NCBI GenBank assembly: GCA_030141605.1
Contig: JAQGDQ010000003.1
Span: forward strand, 1,550,001-1,614,000
Reading direction: 5' to 3'
DNA: 64,000 nucleotides
Source of the DNA: Tubiluchus corallicola
Taxonomy: Eukaryota; Animalia; Priapulida
Each line of letters opens with the position of its first letter. Position 1 is the stretch's first letter. The translations under genes and the position numbers were made by a program. This document shows positions 24,791-39,700 of this stretch, piece by piece. The notes below the pieces were generated by a model, which saw only the letters and a list, made by a program, of their open reading frames with translations, did no database searches and was not told where the DNA came from.

Positions 24791-27700
24791 ATGTCATCTG
24801 GTATCTCCCAAATGTTGAATAGGCGCATGCCACTACGCTCTATGCTGGTAAGGCTTCCACAAAGTGCTGATGCAGGTAAGCCTGCAGGTGACCTTTACAT
24901 TCTGTCATAGCTTTATATAATCTTGATTGTTCCTGTGAACATTGTAAACAATTAATTAACAAAAGGAATTGTTTAGTCTTGTCTGAAAAAGATTTTGTGA
25001 GGTGCACGGACAGAGAACAGGTTGCGTCATTTTCACTAGAACATCTTTTAATCTCAATACTGAGTTCAATACACAATACTCTTCGTAGAACCACTACGTG
25101 AATGTTTTGTCTCCTTGGTGACAAGAGTTAGTTTACATGCTTAAAATGAGTTACCCAGACTACCTTGTTAGTGAGATTCTCACACTTCAGAAGGGTCTTA
25201 CAAAATCTGATCGAGTTCAAAAATCATCAAGCCAATCAAACCAATGTGCCTTTTTGGAAACTTTTTTGGTAACTAATATAATTTTTGGCACATATGATTT
25301 GTCTGCTGTAAAAGATTTGGTTTGCACAGTTTTTGTGTGAATTAGATAAATTGATTGTCTTTTAAGGCGGCTAAGCATGTCCAGTACTTGCAAATAAGTG
25401 CTTGTAAATGATGTTTGTACAAAAGTGCTGCTTGCACTTATTCGTGTCTGTGTCACATTATCTGTGTCTTATTCGGTGAGCAGGTGACCTAAAATACTGG
25501 TTTTTATGGGCAGGGATTTCAGTTCAATCTGTGATAGATTTCTTATCAGCAAATCCTTTTATACTTGACGAGTACATCGCAGAGCATGTTAGCGTTGACA
25601 GAATACAAATTTGGTTAAACAGGAAAACAATTGCAGCAGCTGAAACAGCTCCAGTAGATGATAAAGGAAAAGAAAGTGAGAAGAAGAAGCAAAAACTTGC
25701 TACTCAACACCTGTGTGAAAGGGTATGTTATGTACTTCACAATGCATTTTAATGGTTAAAATTTTCATCATTCTTTTTTAGGATTTACTATAACCATGTG
25801 AAGCATGTTACCAGATATAATAATAAAATCCATGGCTACATACATTACTTTGCTGTAAAAGTAGTGAAAGAATTAAATTAATATGAACTTGTGTAACATA
25901 TGAAGCATCTACCAATATTCTAAACATAAAACTGTGAGCTTCTGCTAGCTTAATAGTCTATGTTTGTAAAGTGATAAGACAATCTTATTCAGTTTCAGAA
26001 TTTGAATTTGTTGAAGATTCAAGAGCAGCTGCACAAGGACTTTTTCTCTACAGAAAATTTCACCCTTATGTTATATGATGTCGCAAATGTGCTGGGTACA
26101 GGTATAAAAATGAATGTTGTGCATCTGCATATCTTTCTAACCTAATGTTAATCATTCGACTTCTCATTATAGAAGCGTCGAATCAACTAGATTAGTTTAG
26201 ATAGCTGAAGGTAATGTGTTTTTTTGTTTAGTCATTGTTTTGTTTTGTTTTAATGCTGCATGCATATAACAACAAATTTCCAACCTAGTGTTATTCAGTC
26301 AACTTCTCAATATAGAAGTGTAGAATCAACTAGATTACTTTTGATATCTTAAAATAATGTGTTTTTTGTTTAGTCATCACTTTGTTTTGTTTTAATGATT
26401 TTATTTATTGACACATAATACCTCTAATTGAAATGTACAAATGCATTTTGTGTTGGTCGGATTTATTTAAGCATATTTGTTCAGATAGTTCATTTGGCTA
26501 GCTCACCTATACAGAAAGTTTGCATTATGTTTAATTAAATAAAATAGGCTAAATTATGAGATGCAAACTGCTTTTTTCTTGTTTGCATTGATGCAAGATT
26601 TCTGAATTGTCGTACTTTTTTGTTACGGCACGGAGCTATTGCTGGATTTACCAGTATTTTCTAGTGTGAACAGAAAAACTGGACTTATATATTTATCTAC
26701 TAGAACCACCTTATCAACAAGTAAATGTATCCAGTTTTTGGGCAGTGGTGAATATTACCTGTGCATTGCATTGTGGGAAGCTCCTAATCATTGTTTTTTC
26801 TTTGGTACGATACTTTAATTGCATGGCGAAACTAATAAGTGTTTGTTTTTCTATGCAGCAACATCGTCTGATGATTATTCGTTGTACATAGTTGAACCAG
26901 GCGGCAATGAGATTTCTCTGTATCAGCCAGATTTGATAAGTGACAGACAGAAGTTGACTGAACCTGTAGATGATTCCACTACTGTGTCTGCTTTTGCAGC
27001 TTTCAGCAAAGCACCTGTATTCATTGAAGATATGCATGCGGTAAATTGAAGTTTTTTTAAGGAGAATTTGTGGTTTTCTGCTCCAAAGATTGCATAGCCC
27101 CTGTTTGTAAGCTAAATACTTAAATTGCTGATTTGACCTTATTATTTTCAAAGATACCTAGAACTGTAAAACACTTTGATGAAATAGATATCTACAAATG
27201 TAGAATAGTTTGGTGAATGTGTTTTTTAATGTTGTATAAATCGCACCAAGCAAGACCAGCGGCTGTGACCCCTTAATAAAAGGTTACAAAAGAAAAAATA
27301 AACGAACAGAGTGGAGATCCAGAAAATTGCAGTCTGATAACTAATTTGTTAATGGTGAGAGGTGTCTGTTAGTCTTCTTGTTGAAGTGAATAAAGTTGCA
27401 TTTACTGTGAAACGTTTTCTAGCAGAAAATTGTACAGATAAGGCACATTTGACAACCTACCGGTCTGTAAGGATGCCTACATGTATTCACATTTGTAGGT
27501 GATTTAAAAATTGGAATCTAAGCAGTATTTTTAAAAGTTTTTAATAGTGGAAGTGAGTTTGTAAATTTTTTTGTACTATTGATGGCATTGACACTTTGCC
27601 ATTATTATAGGTTTAAACACCAAACATAGTCAAAAGATTGAATGTATAAAGATTGTGAATGAACTTGGGTGTAAATAAGAAACTTTTAAGTTGCAAGTTA

Positions 27701-30700
27701 CGGAACGTACAATGGTTTAGTCAAGTAGAATAATATTCTTAAAATGTTAGAACAAGAATCTTCGAATGCAAAGTCAGCAATGCTTCTGAACATGATAAAC
27801 AGTTTTATCCTTTGCAGCTTAAATTTCTGTTAAAGTTTGTTTAATAATTGTTTGTATGCCTGAAAATGCTTACCACTATAATTGCTGATTTTACCCTCCT
27901 AGTGTCCCCCACTTTTCATTAGTTTTCATTTAAATTTACAGAGTGATGCAAGGAAAATTTATTTATTTACAAATTATTATTATTATTTATTAATTATGTT
28001 TTAGTTCTTGTTTTAAACTTGAGGTATGACCTAATTGGTAAAGAAAGCAAAATTGCATTCCAGAATTTCTGCTTCTTTAAGGCTCAACCAGTCAAAAAAT
28101 GATTTTTTTGCTTCTTTAAACTGGCTAATTTCTTATTAATTTTTTAAGGTAATTAAGTGTTAAGTGTTCACTCATAAGTCTTCATTATTTAGTATATTCA
28201 TTACATTCATTAAAGACTAATCTATATTATAGAATACATTATCAGCTAACATCTGTAAGATTTACATTAACACATTATTCATTCATTTATTCCAGGATGA
28301 GAGGTTTCCCCAAGGTGCAGGTCTGCATAGAGAGGATACCTATTCAGTACTATCTTTTCCCTTAGTTTTACAAAATGGTGATTTATTGGCAGTCATTGAG
28401 TTAATTAGAAATGCTGGCAGTTCGTCGTTTACCAAACGTGAGATGCAGGTACAATGTTCACCTCTATTTAATTTAATCTTTTAGTGAAGAATGTTACGAC
28501 CCTATGCTTTTTTGGTAAATTTTGTAAATTATGTCATAGGTCCATGCACTATTCTTGCATAATTTTCCATTGAAATGATTCAGAATGTAAAGGGTCTAGA
28601 AGGATCATCAAGGCTTTGAAGCGAATACACATGTTGTATATAAATCTCTCTGCAATCTTACGGACAGTTCTTGAGTGAATATGTTTCAAGTAAATACACA
28701 TTGTTTAAAAAGATATTGAAAACAAAAAAGAAATCTAATTAAGTTAAGGTCATTGTTTACTTTAGTCATTGGTAAAAAGTTGTTAGCTTTATCATTGTTT
28801 ACACCTTCTTATAAATATTGGAGACAGAAAACAAGAATTAAATTAAAGTCTATATATCTGTGAAGACTTCGTCGAAAGGTATTGGAGAGAGAAAGTAAGA
28901 AGCTAAGTAAAATGTGTAGTGAGTTCCTCTTAGTTGCAATAATGATTAAGAGAAAACAAAAAAGCAATTAGAATTTGTCTGTTGCGTGTTGCATCCAACA
29001 AATTTCAGTGGCTGAAATGTTTTTTTTATATCAAATGATTCAGTTTGGTTCAGATTTCAGAGACTTTTAGGTCTTCACAAGAAAATGAACAATTTAAGTA
29101 TTTAAAATACAGTAAACAGAATTTCTTTTTTTGCGTTTAAATTTATGCTGATCTATTCTATGGTCTTATAAATACAGTCATATTTGTTGAAGTCAAATAT
29201 TCTTTAACTGAAATGTGCCTATAACATCAGACAGTTCAGTTTAATTCACAATCTTGCTAGTCCCAACAGTAAATTATTCATTTATTTTAACTGCAGTTAG
29301 AAATATTTTTAATATTCATGTTTTAGTTTATCTAGCATCATTTACAGCTACATGAATTCAGGGCTGTTGATAAGGATCTTGGAGTCTTTTAATTTCTTTT
29401 CACTTCTCTAGCTCTAGTAATCCAGCATGGGCCATGTTAAACTAGGAAAAGTATTTTTAGTTAAACAACACAGGTGTTAATGTTGTAACTCAGCAGACAT
29501 ACTCTTGGTACTGTAAAAAAGTTAAGATCGAGGCTTAAAGTATTTGTGATTTAGCATAGTTTTAGATTCGTTGACAAATACTGAGGCCGTCTCACTCAAT
29601 GTAGTCTGAACTAGTGTGAGAGATGTCTTTGGTTGATTTTGGCAGGGCTTGTTTGGTAGATTCACAAAAGGTGAGCACTTTTTACGTTTAGTCTAGTTTG
29701 TATGTGAGACTTATGTTGTAGTAATTTTTTCATTATTATTTAGCTTGGTATATGTTTCATGGGTATCGCTGGTCTAGCTATAGAGAAGAGTCAGCAATGC
29801 AATGCACTTACAAAGCAGCAAGAATTAAATGATTTCTTACTACATGCCAGCCATTTAGTTGTAGAAGGTAGTGCTTCTGTAGATGCACTTATCAGTCACA
29901 TAATGGTAAGCTAATTAACATTTATGTCCTTAGTTCCACTAATATCATATTTATAGTTTTTATGGTATAATGTATATTAAGCCAGGGACGACTAAGTAAA
30001 GTGAAAACACTTGTATTTGCTTTTCTATGTACATTTGGCAGTCCCTAATCAAGCAAAGTAATCTTTTAGGACAATGCTGTCTCAAAAAGAAATGGTTTTG
30101 ATTTTTTTCTGCATACATTTTTCGAATATTCTAATGATAGTGTCTAACATTAAATAATTTTGCTGAGAGTAGCAGTAACAATATATCACGTAAAGTGTGT
30201 TGACATTTGCCAAAATACTCATTAAAGACAATAAAATACCAAATAGCACCTTTTTTGAATTTAAAAAATCAACTGGTAGAGCAATTTGTTTTGCACCATG
30301 TAGTTAGTAAGTGATCTCATAATTTCAACCAATTGTAAATAACATGAAACAATGTTGTAGTGTCAAAAGACTAATATTTCAAGACAATAATTTTGTCATC
30401 ATGACTATTCATTGAAGGATGTATATGTGAAAAATTAAAATACTTTAGAAGTAATAAGCACCAATTATTTGTTCAAAATTGTGGGTTAGCTGAACATTAG
30501 TTGCTTAACCCTCTGTACTGGAAATGGGTTGCAAAAACACCCCAAGCATGTTTACTTAATTATATCATTTTGCCGTGAGGCTGTGAGTACCTGTTCTCCT
30601 CTGCATTTAAATGATTTGCTACAAACAGATGCCATTTGACATCTTCGCATCACTTACTTTCATTATAGTATTAATTGTAACACAGAAAGGTGTGTTTTCA

Positions 30701-33700
30701 CCTGAGTACTTTTGCCATATCGACTCTCCATCATTTGACTGTAGGCAAAAATAAGAAAGCAAACAAATGGTAAACATTTTTATGGTGTGTATGTGTGCGT
30801 GTGCATGTGTGTGTGTGTGTGTGGGTGCGTGCATGTATGAGAGATGTGTGTGTGGGGGGATGCGTGCGTGTGTGGTGGCTTTGAAATTTACCGTTGTTAT
30901 AGAAAAAATGGCCTTTTTTTGGCCTTGGAGGCCTAATTAAGTAAATAAAAACATGCCTTCTGACGAATTTTCTTCTTCTAATTTTTCATGGGTAAACGTA
31001 ATGCAGCATATGCCAGTACAGCAAAGTAGTTAAAGTTATGACGTAGGTTTAGTCACCAATGGAAGTGGTACGGTGGCGTTTCTTCTGCATTTGTGCAAGA
31101 GGTGCTATTATGTCCCACTGACTGTATTCACTTGACCGTGAAATACTTCCGGTGGCCCAGGATTAACAGTTAAAAAAAGGTCAAACAAATAAAGTCCATA
31201 GGAGTTCAAAATGGTGTGTTTCCATTATAGAGTTACCCAGCCAAATGTTTTATGTAAATTGTGTATTTGATTTGTCAGTGATGTTTGAAATTCTTATTGA
31301 TTTTGTCTGCTTAAACTCGTAATATATTTGTTTAAATTATAGTGTATACGCACTTTGTCAGTTCATTTCTTTTCTGCACAGCTACGTGCCTGATCATATT
31401 AATTGTAACTGTATTTTAATTTATCAGTCATTTTATAACCTTTTCAATATATAGTCTATATGATGAAACAGTTGCCGCAAAATCTTACAGGGGTGGATCC
31501 AGAATTTTTAGAAAGGGGCATCAGAGCGTCAAAGAATGAAATGTTTGGTATACTACCATGGAGCGGGCACTCGTCTTGAGCGCCGAGGGTGGGAGCTGGA
31601 GAGGGGGTCTGGGGTGGTCCCTTTTGAAAATTTGGGATCAGTTTCCTGCAGTCTCAGCATATCTAAGTCCAAAATAAGCAGAGCCTTAACACCAATCATT
31701 CCTTCAAATTCGAGAAGTTAGCTGGTAAGACTGAAATAAAATAATATTTCCTGGCAAAAACAGGAGGGGGCCCCCTGCTGTGACCCCCCACCTTGGATCA
31801 GTCTATGTCTTATTTTTCAACCGTACAAAGTACAGCAGAATATTATCTTCTTTTGTTGTTGGGCAAAATAACTAAAATATTTCGTTATCCAACCATACAT
31901 GTAAGCAGATATTGAAGGCTTGCCAAAATAAAGTATAATAACTTCTGTTGCAGTCCTTCACAAAGCGCTTAGTGTCGGCTGAGCGATGCACATTCTTTTT
32001 ATTAGACAAGCAAACAGAAGAATTATACTGTAGTCTGTTTGATGAGGGAGATCGTGATGCGGATGGTAAAGATGTATTTTGCAAAAAACCTGAAGTCAGG
32101 TATTTAGTTTACTTAATTCTACATATCACTTTAAGGTCTATTGATATGTAATATTCCTATAGTAAAGGGTGATATTAATTTCAAATTTAGTATTGTTGGT
32201 ATAAGCTTCTTATTTATCAAAGTTTGATTTTAGCCAAAAAATAAATTTCTTATATTCCTTACATCTGTTCAAACTGTTCAGACTGATCATTATACACATT
32301 TGGCTTCATTTGGCTACCTATAAGTTTGTCCAGCTTTATTTTCGTTTGTGTTTAATGTGCTTTATTTTCAAGGTTCAGTATTAAACATGGTATAGCAGGG
32401 CACGTGGCAAGGACCCGAGAAATTCTAAACATAAAAAATGCTTATGAAGATCCTAGATTCAACAGGTAGACCATTTTCATGGCTCAATTGCATATCTACA
32501 TGACTCTATATTATCTAAGTTTTCTTTGAATGATCATAAAATATCAAACACCAATATAACTTGTTTGTCTTTCTGCATAAAATCTAGTTATTTGCACATT
32601 TGTTATTATTTTTAAATAATACTTTTTCCATTATTGTGCTATAGTGGTGACATCATGTTTACCTTCTTTATTGTAATGCAACAGTGCAACTGCAACTGCA
32701 ACAATCTGAGTCACACACAGGCTCTATATAATCTCATAAGAAAAGTGGAAAAAGTTTGAATAATGCACTTTTGCAATAAATAATTTTAGCATGCCATAAG
32801 TCGTAAAAAACAATCAAAAGCAATAAAGAAAAAATGAAGGACTGTGCAGAGCATCAGAACAATAAAATACACACACAAGCAGTAAAATTCAAGCTGTAAA
32901 GCAGCACTGAAGGCAAAAAATGATTGGGGCTCAAAATGCATCTTAGACATAGTTGATAACTATATCATATTTAAAAACTGACGAAACATTTTGTACAGGC
33001 AGAAATAAGCTGTTTTATATTTCGAATGACGTCGCTGGTATCTCTAGCACTTTTAACAATACATGCATATATGTGGTAAAAGACAAACAAAATGCTGCTG
33101 TATCAGAAGTTTTCAGCTGAATAACAAAGTTACATATCACATACTGTCAGAAATAATCTTGGAATATGTTCAGCAAGAATGTAATCTTTTTTTGATTAAA
33201 TTTTAGCTCATGTTTTTGACTTTTTGTTTTGGAACTACTGACATCATTTGAAACTGGGGAAAATAAAATCACTATACTTGTCCAATTTTCAACAAGCATT
33301 GAATATCACAATGGCTGAAAATTTCATAAAGTAAAATTGTGCACCAGCTGCAATGTTTTCTTTCGTAGACTTTTTTCGTGAAACCTTTTTTTTGCTTTTC
33401 TGCATGATGATCAACATTTTCCTAGAAGTAGAACAACCAAATTCTCATTAGCATGTTTTCTGGGATGAAATACAGTCTCTTTGGTACATACTTTTGTAAA
33501 ACATTGTAAAACATTTCAAGTACAGATGAATGAATAAAAAAATGCAATTTTCTCTTTACTTTAGTAAACTGAGCATCTGTCAGTGCTCAATACCATTGAA
33601 ATCTTTTCGTAGCACTTGCTGTTCGCATCAAACGAAATTTTCTCTTCTTGTTCTTCGATGTAATCTTTTTATGATTACAATGTTGCTCTGTCGAAGTTTC

Positions 33701-36700
33701 ATCATACCAGGCACATTTATTAATATCATACGTGTTGGAGCCCAGACTGGAAGCGTTTCACTAAATCATCGTCATCACCATTTTATATCGATGAACCCCA
33801 CCAAAAACGATTGCAAGTATTTTTTACCATAGGTGAAGCACACGCTCATCTCTTTTCTAAAAAATTCTATGTAATTTTTTTGCAAACTCTTGTTGACATA
33901 TCATACGTCAAAACATGCTCTATCTTATTGTATTTCTCAGACTTCATAAGTTTCGTTATACTTGGATACTGGTCACTAACAATTATAGCAGCATTTATGT
34001 TTTTTCCTTCAACTTTTAATTTGGCTGCTTTTGACAACTTTCTGGGCTAGTCTAGTGCCTATAGATGCCCTAACTCTTTCTGGCTGAATTTCACGAAAAC
34101 TATATTTCAGCATTAGTGAACTACAGTTTTACTGCAATTTTCAAGCATTTTTGAAATAATAATAAGAATTATATCTCCCGCGGACACAATGCAACCTGAC
34201 AGTGAGACATTTTTTATAAAAGTGTCATTTGACAAGCAGAGAACAGAGCGTGCTGTGAATTGTAGGTGTGCTGCAATGATGAAACAGCCCAGCACGAGAT
34301 ACCAATGACGTCATGCCAAAACATTTGCACGCTGTACCTCATTACTAATTTTTTTCTTGACTTTCGCATATAGTGGATTGAAGTAGTTGAGCACAAAACT
34401 GTCATTTGAGCTTAACATTAAAAATGCCTTCATCGTTGCTTTAAATCTGATGCAGCAGTGTGAGTTACTTTACATGTATTGTGTTTGTCACTGTGATTTT
34501 GTTTTTATTGTTTTAGGGGGTTTGACAAGGAGTCGGGTTTCACTACTCGATGCATTCTCTGCATGCCTATATTATCAGGAGACTCTGTACTCGGAGTGGT
34601 ACAAATGATAAACAAAACCGATGGTGGCATATTCACCAATGCTGATGAACAAACGTTCAAGGTCTTTGCAGTCTACTGTTCACTGGCCATTCATTACTCA
34701 AATGTATGTTTTGCAGCAGTAATTTTAAGACTTCAGTATTAGTTTTCATTTTTCTCATTCATGACAAAGCAAAAAGTTTTATTTGATTATATAATATTAT
34801 TTTTCAGCTAGCAACCTCTTCGGCAGATTTGAAAAATCGTTACCAAGTACAATTAGAAAAGCTTGTATACCATACTAAATGTTCAGAGGAAGAATACGAC
34901 AAGCTATTGACACGCCCTTTGTTAAAACGTTTGCCACATGGCTTCACTTGGTATGTGTGCATTAAAGCTCTGTAATAAATAAAATGTCTAGTACCTGACT
35001 CTTAGTTGCGGAGTTTACATGATTGCACATATAAAATGGTAAGCAATACGTTTTATTGTATTAAAGATGCAATTCTTTGTATCAGAGTATGATATAGAAA
35101 GTCCTAGATTTAAGTCTTGATTAAAGACGAAGTCTTTCACTACATTTTATCTATAGAAGTAGAAGTACATTAATAATAATTTGATTACTCATGTACACAA
35201 GTAAGCTAGAGCACCATTGCTTTTTGTAAGTAGCCAAGTAACCTTCATCATGCTTGCTTTTTATAATTCCATATTGGTTTAGTTTGGAATTTTATGCACA
35301 GCTGTTTATCAGTAACTAATAAGTAGTTCATTTATTAGCCACTTTCAAGTACATGTATTAAGGTGATTAGTGAAATGTAAATTAAAATTTTGCTATAAAT
35401 ACCATGACATGCACTCTTTTTTTAATTAGAATACATTGTAATATTTTCAACTGTAATAAAAGCCCTGTAATATTATACATAAGAATCTGTTAAGATTCAC
35501 AAACATTAGTATATTAAGGTAAACAGATATTAGTTTATTAACTGGTTTTCAAATATATAGTCAAAACAAACAAAAGATGCCAACTGTTTGTGTGTTGAAG
35601 GGTTAGAAAAATTATCAGTTATGGCTTATATCTTGTGTGTGCTTTTGCTCTAACATACGAGGCACAATTAAGCACATTGTTAGTAAACAAGAACAGTATT
35701 AAGATTTGTATTTTATATGTGTAATTGATTTTGCTTTGTTTTCGTGATTTCATTGTTTTGTGTACAGTTAACTTGTCTTAAGTTAAGTTGTCTAATGCAC
35801 AGCAATTATTTATTTATCGCTGATTTTACTTTGCTAAAGGTACGAATTCTATGTAAACAAGCATGTAGCTGACATCCCCCAATTGTTCATTCATATGGTT
35901 CACCACTTATTTGGAACTGAAATGTAAGTCCAGCTATGTACATACTGTTTGGGTGAAAGTACAACTATGCTTGTTTCAGTGGTGCATTGCTTAAAATAGC
36001 ATACTTATGTACTATGATTTATACATTTGTGCATGCTTGCCACCTACTTCCTCTAATGAAGAACAATGCCTGCTTCTTGCAAAGTGCAGGCACTGTACTG
36101 GATCAACAAACTGTAACTACACATGACTACATGGGTCAGTGATGTCAGGGTCTCGTTAAATCACTGGAAATCATTGATTAATCCAGGGATAAACTTGAAC
36201 TTGAAATTATGAGTTTGAGATTTGCCCTTTTGGTTTTGTATTTTTTTGTCAGTGTCATAACGCTGTTTTGCAAAGTTCAGTTTCCTAAACATGTACCAGA
36301 CTTCTGGAAAAGTTCTGCCATTTAAATATTTTACCCAACGATCTATGTCATCGGTAACTGCACTTTTATGCTGTAAATTAGGTACGTAACCTAATAATGA
36401 TATATAGGAGGCTAGCAGAGCTTGGATCCCCTTCCTGGGCTGGGAAACTAATATTTTTCTATTGTTATAATTATTTTTGGCAGTAGTGACATTACTGGTA
36501 ACAAATCCAGAGACTGGTAACATATCCTTGCCTGTCTCATACTACTTATCAATAATTTCTTCTTTAGAAAAACTTTCTTTTTTGAATATCTGCTTATTTC
36601 TGTTTATTTTTCATCTTTAATCTTTATACTGTGAATTATTGTTCTTAATTGATCCACTGTATCTATTTCGATTATGACTCTTTACTTCTTCCACCAGTTT

Positions 36701-39700
36701 CAGTCAACCTAAACTGTGTCGATTTATTCTTACACTACGCAATGCCTACAGGCAACTGCCTTACCATGACTTTAAACATGCCTTCACTGTTTTCCATTGT
36801 ATGTACAAGTTCCTGAGTGACAATCCTGATGCGTTTTCACAAAAGGAGGTAATTTGAAAGCTGCTGTTTCTGATTTTAGTTTAGCATTATTCTTTTATAC
36901 CACACATGTAGAGCAAATTATCACACCGCAAATAAGAATTACGTCTGAGATTTTCTCATTGTTACTGACTGCGAATTTAAATGACTTGCGCAACAAGTTT
37001 TCTTATTTTTAGTAGGTCTCATTAACTTTGAATTGATTTGGTTGCATAGTAACTTGTTTGTCTCTTGCTTAATGTGCAAAGGAGTTTTAATCATTTTTGT
37101 TATTAACATTAAATAAAGTTCTTACTTACTAATTAGTCTCGAGGATTTAAAGAGTTACTGTTTGCCAAGGATAGGTAAAATAAAAAAAGTTAAGTGATAG
37201 ATTGTGTTTTTAAAGTCTATGATCTTAAACCAGCTTTCACACTCTAAGATAATTAACTTGATTGCTCTGTATTGGCATGTTGGCAACAAGGTCTAGCATT
37301 CATATCTTGTAATAGCTTCACCATTCATCAACTTTTCATCTGCTTTCTTTAACCTTGTGGTCTGCCACAATTACAAATAACCGTATTAAGTGATAATGCT
37401 TATTACTAGTTATTAACACAGTTGTTTGCATGTTTCAGCGGATGGCATTGTTTTTTGCATGCACATGTCATGATCTTGACCACCGAGGCTTGAGCAACTC
37501 TTTTCATCAGAAGACACAGACAGCACTCGGACGACTTTATCCGGAGTGCACAAATGAGTACCACCATTTCAATGAAGCCATAGCTATTTTTAAAGTAAAT
37601 TTTTTGCAATAATCAAAATTCGAAATTCTAGTTTAAAAATCAGTGCCTCTTTATGAATTAAAAATTTAACTGGAAAGTTTGTAAAATATTTTTAATGTTT
37701 TCCCCTAGTAACATTTTATATATGTGCTTGTTTTACTCTTACTGTCAAAAATATTTGTTTTAAATTTTAGAATAATCCTAAAGAATTTTAGAATTTTCCT
37801 TATTAACATGTAAAATTATATTTATCTAATTTAGAAACATATTGTCGTAAGACAAGATTTTAGGTTTTTTAACCACTTTATTTGCTGGAATTTTGGATCA
37901 GTTTTGTTTTGCTAGACTGAAATGTAATCATACCTAAGTTATGTGGAAACAAAAGTAGTCGTATTTCAATTGTGATGTATGGTTGATTAGGAGATAGTTG
38001 CCAATAATACCCCCCTTAGAAAATGAGAAATTGGTTTTTATAAACTGGAAAAACTAGGATGATTAATTAAATATTAGCTCAATTATTCCTATTCTCATGA
38101 TATAAGCTAGATATTAAAGGACTATTGTATTCAGAATTTATGAGATTATTATTAATTAATATTTTAATATGTTATAGTTAAAGGCTGCTAACTTAAGTTG
38201 GCAAATCATCTGGGTTAGTTAATGAGTACATTTTTCTTGCTTTTGGAAATTGTGCCTATATGCTCACATAGTACATCTGTGTTCTTCTGTGCATTTTAAC
38301 AGCACATATTTTTTGTAATTTAACTCTAACTTTTTTTGCTATGTAGCTCAGTTATTACTAATCTGACTTATAAACTATTTCCTATGCACGAACATACTCT
38401 ACTTTTGAAAACCTCCAAAAAAGTGTACATTTGTTTGCAGTACTATGACTGTGATGTGTTTGATTTCCTGCAAGGCAGTGAATACACGGAAATGATGCGT
38501 AACATACAATACAACATTATTTCCACAGATGTATGCTTGTATGCTCGTCGGCAGCAGAAATTAGATCAACTGATGTTATCAAACATTTTTACGATGGAAA
38601 ATGAGGAACATCGGTAATAAATTTAAAGTACTATTATATTTTGGAGATATACAGTAACTGCATGGCCTGGGAGATCAGTAAAGTTTACTGATCTCCCAGA
38701 CCAGACATTCGCTCACACATTCTTCTTACACCGTACAAATTATCTGGCACATTAGGGCAAAAGCTTTTTTTATTTGGCTGTCTGTTAGATGCTAATCATC
38801 GTTGTTCTTACCTTAAGTAAAAGCCACCCTAATGTGGTCACATAAATAATTTCGTGCCGTATTTGAACAATTTCCACTTTGAGTGGATCTACTTCGTTAA
38901 GAAATAGTAAACCAGATTTCTGTAATATTTTTGTTTTAAAACACCTTTTGAGTAGCAACATTTATTACATGTACATTCACATGCTTCATTCAGTTAGTAA
39001 GTATTTATTTTAATGTAGTTAATGTAAAAATAAGTAAATGACAACAAAGTTTGTTAATTGCTTAACAGATAAGTTTTTTATTGTCTTTTGACAGTGATCT
39101 TGTGAAAGCTGTGTTGTTATGCGTCTGTGACTTATCAGGTTGTGCCAAACCCTGGGATGTAGCTTACGAGTTTACTATGCTTTTGTATGAAGAATTTTAT
39201 ATACAGGTGAAAAAGTCTGTAGACTTATTTATATTTATTTGCTTTTGACTTTTTACCATGTTAACGGAATTATTAAAACGTAAGCGTCGTAGCTAAGTAA
39301 GAAACCGAGTTCAAAATTGTTGCTTTGAGATTTGCCATTCTTGGATTGTTGAACGAGACTTGTGTACCAGATGATCATTCTGTTAGGCAACAGGTATTTA
39401 ACAGCTTTCTGTTTGTCACACTGTGAAATGCTTTGAATTGCATGTAGAGAGTCCATCAACATATTTGTGGAAGCCAGAGTTTATATGTCTGTAGTGCTAT
39501 TTAATGCCGATGTGTAATCTAACGAAAGTATTCTGTTATGCATCTTAGCCTAAATATATAACAAGAAGTATTTTATTCTTGTAATTAAAAAACTCAAATT
39601 TATCTAGCGCTGCTTATTTTGAACAGAGAGCCTTGGAACAAAGGTAGTGTTATTATACGAAAAAATTGTATTAAAGAAATAATTATTGTTTGTAACTATA

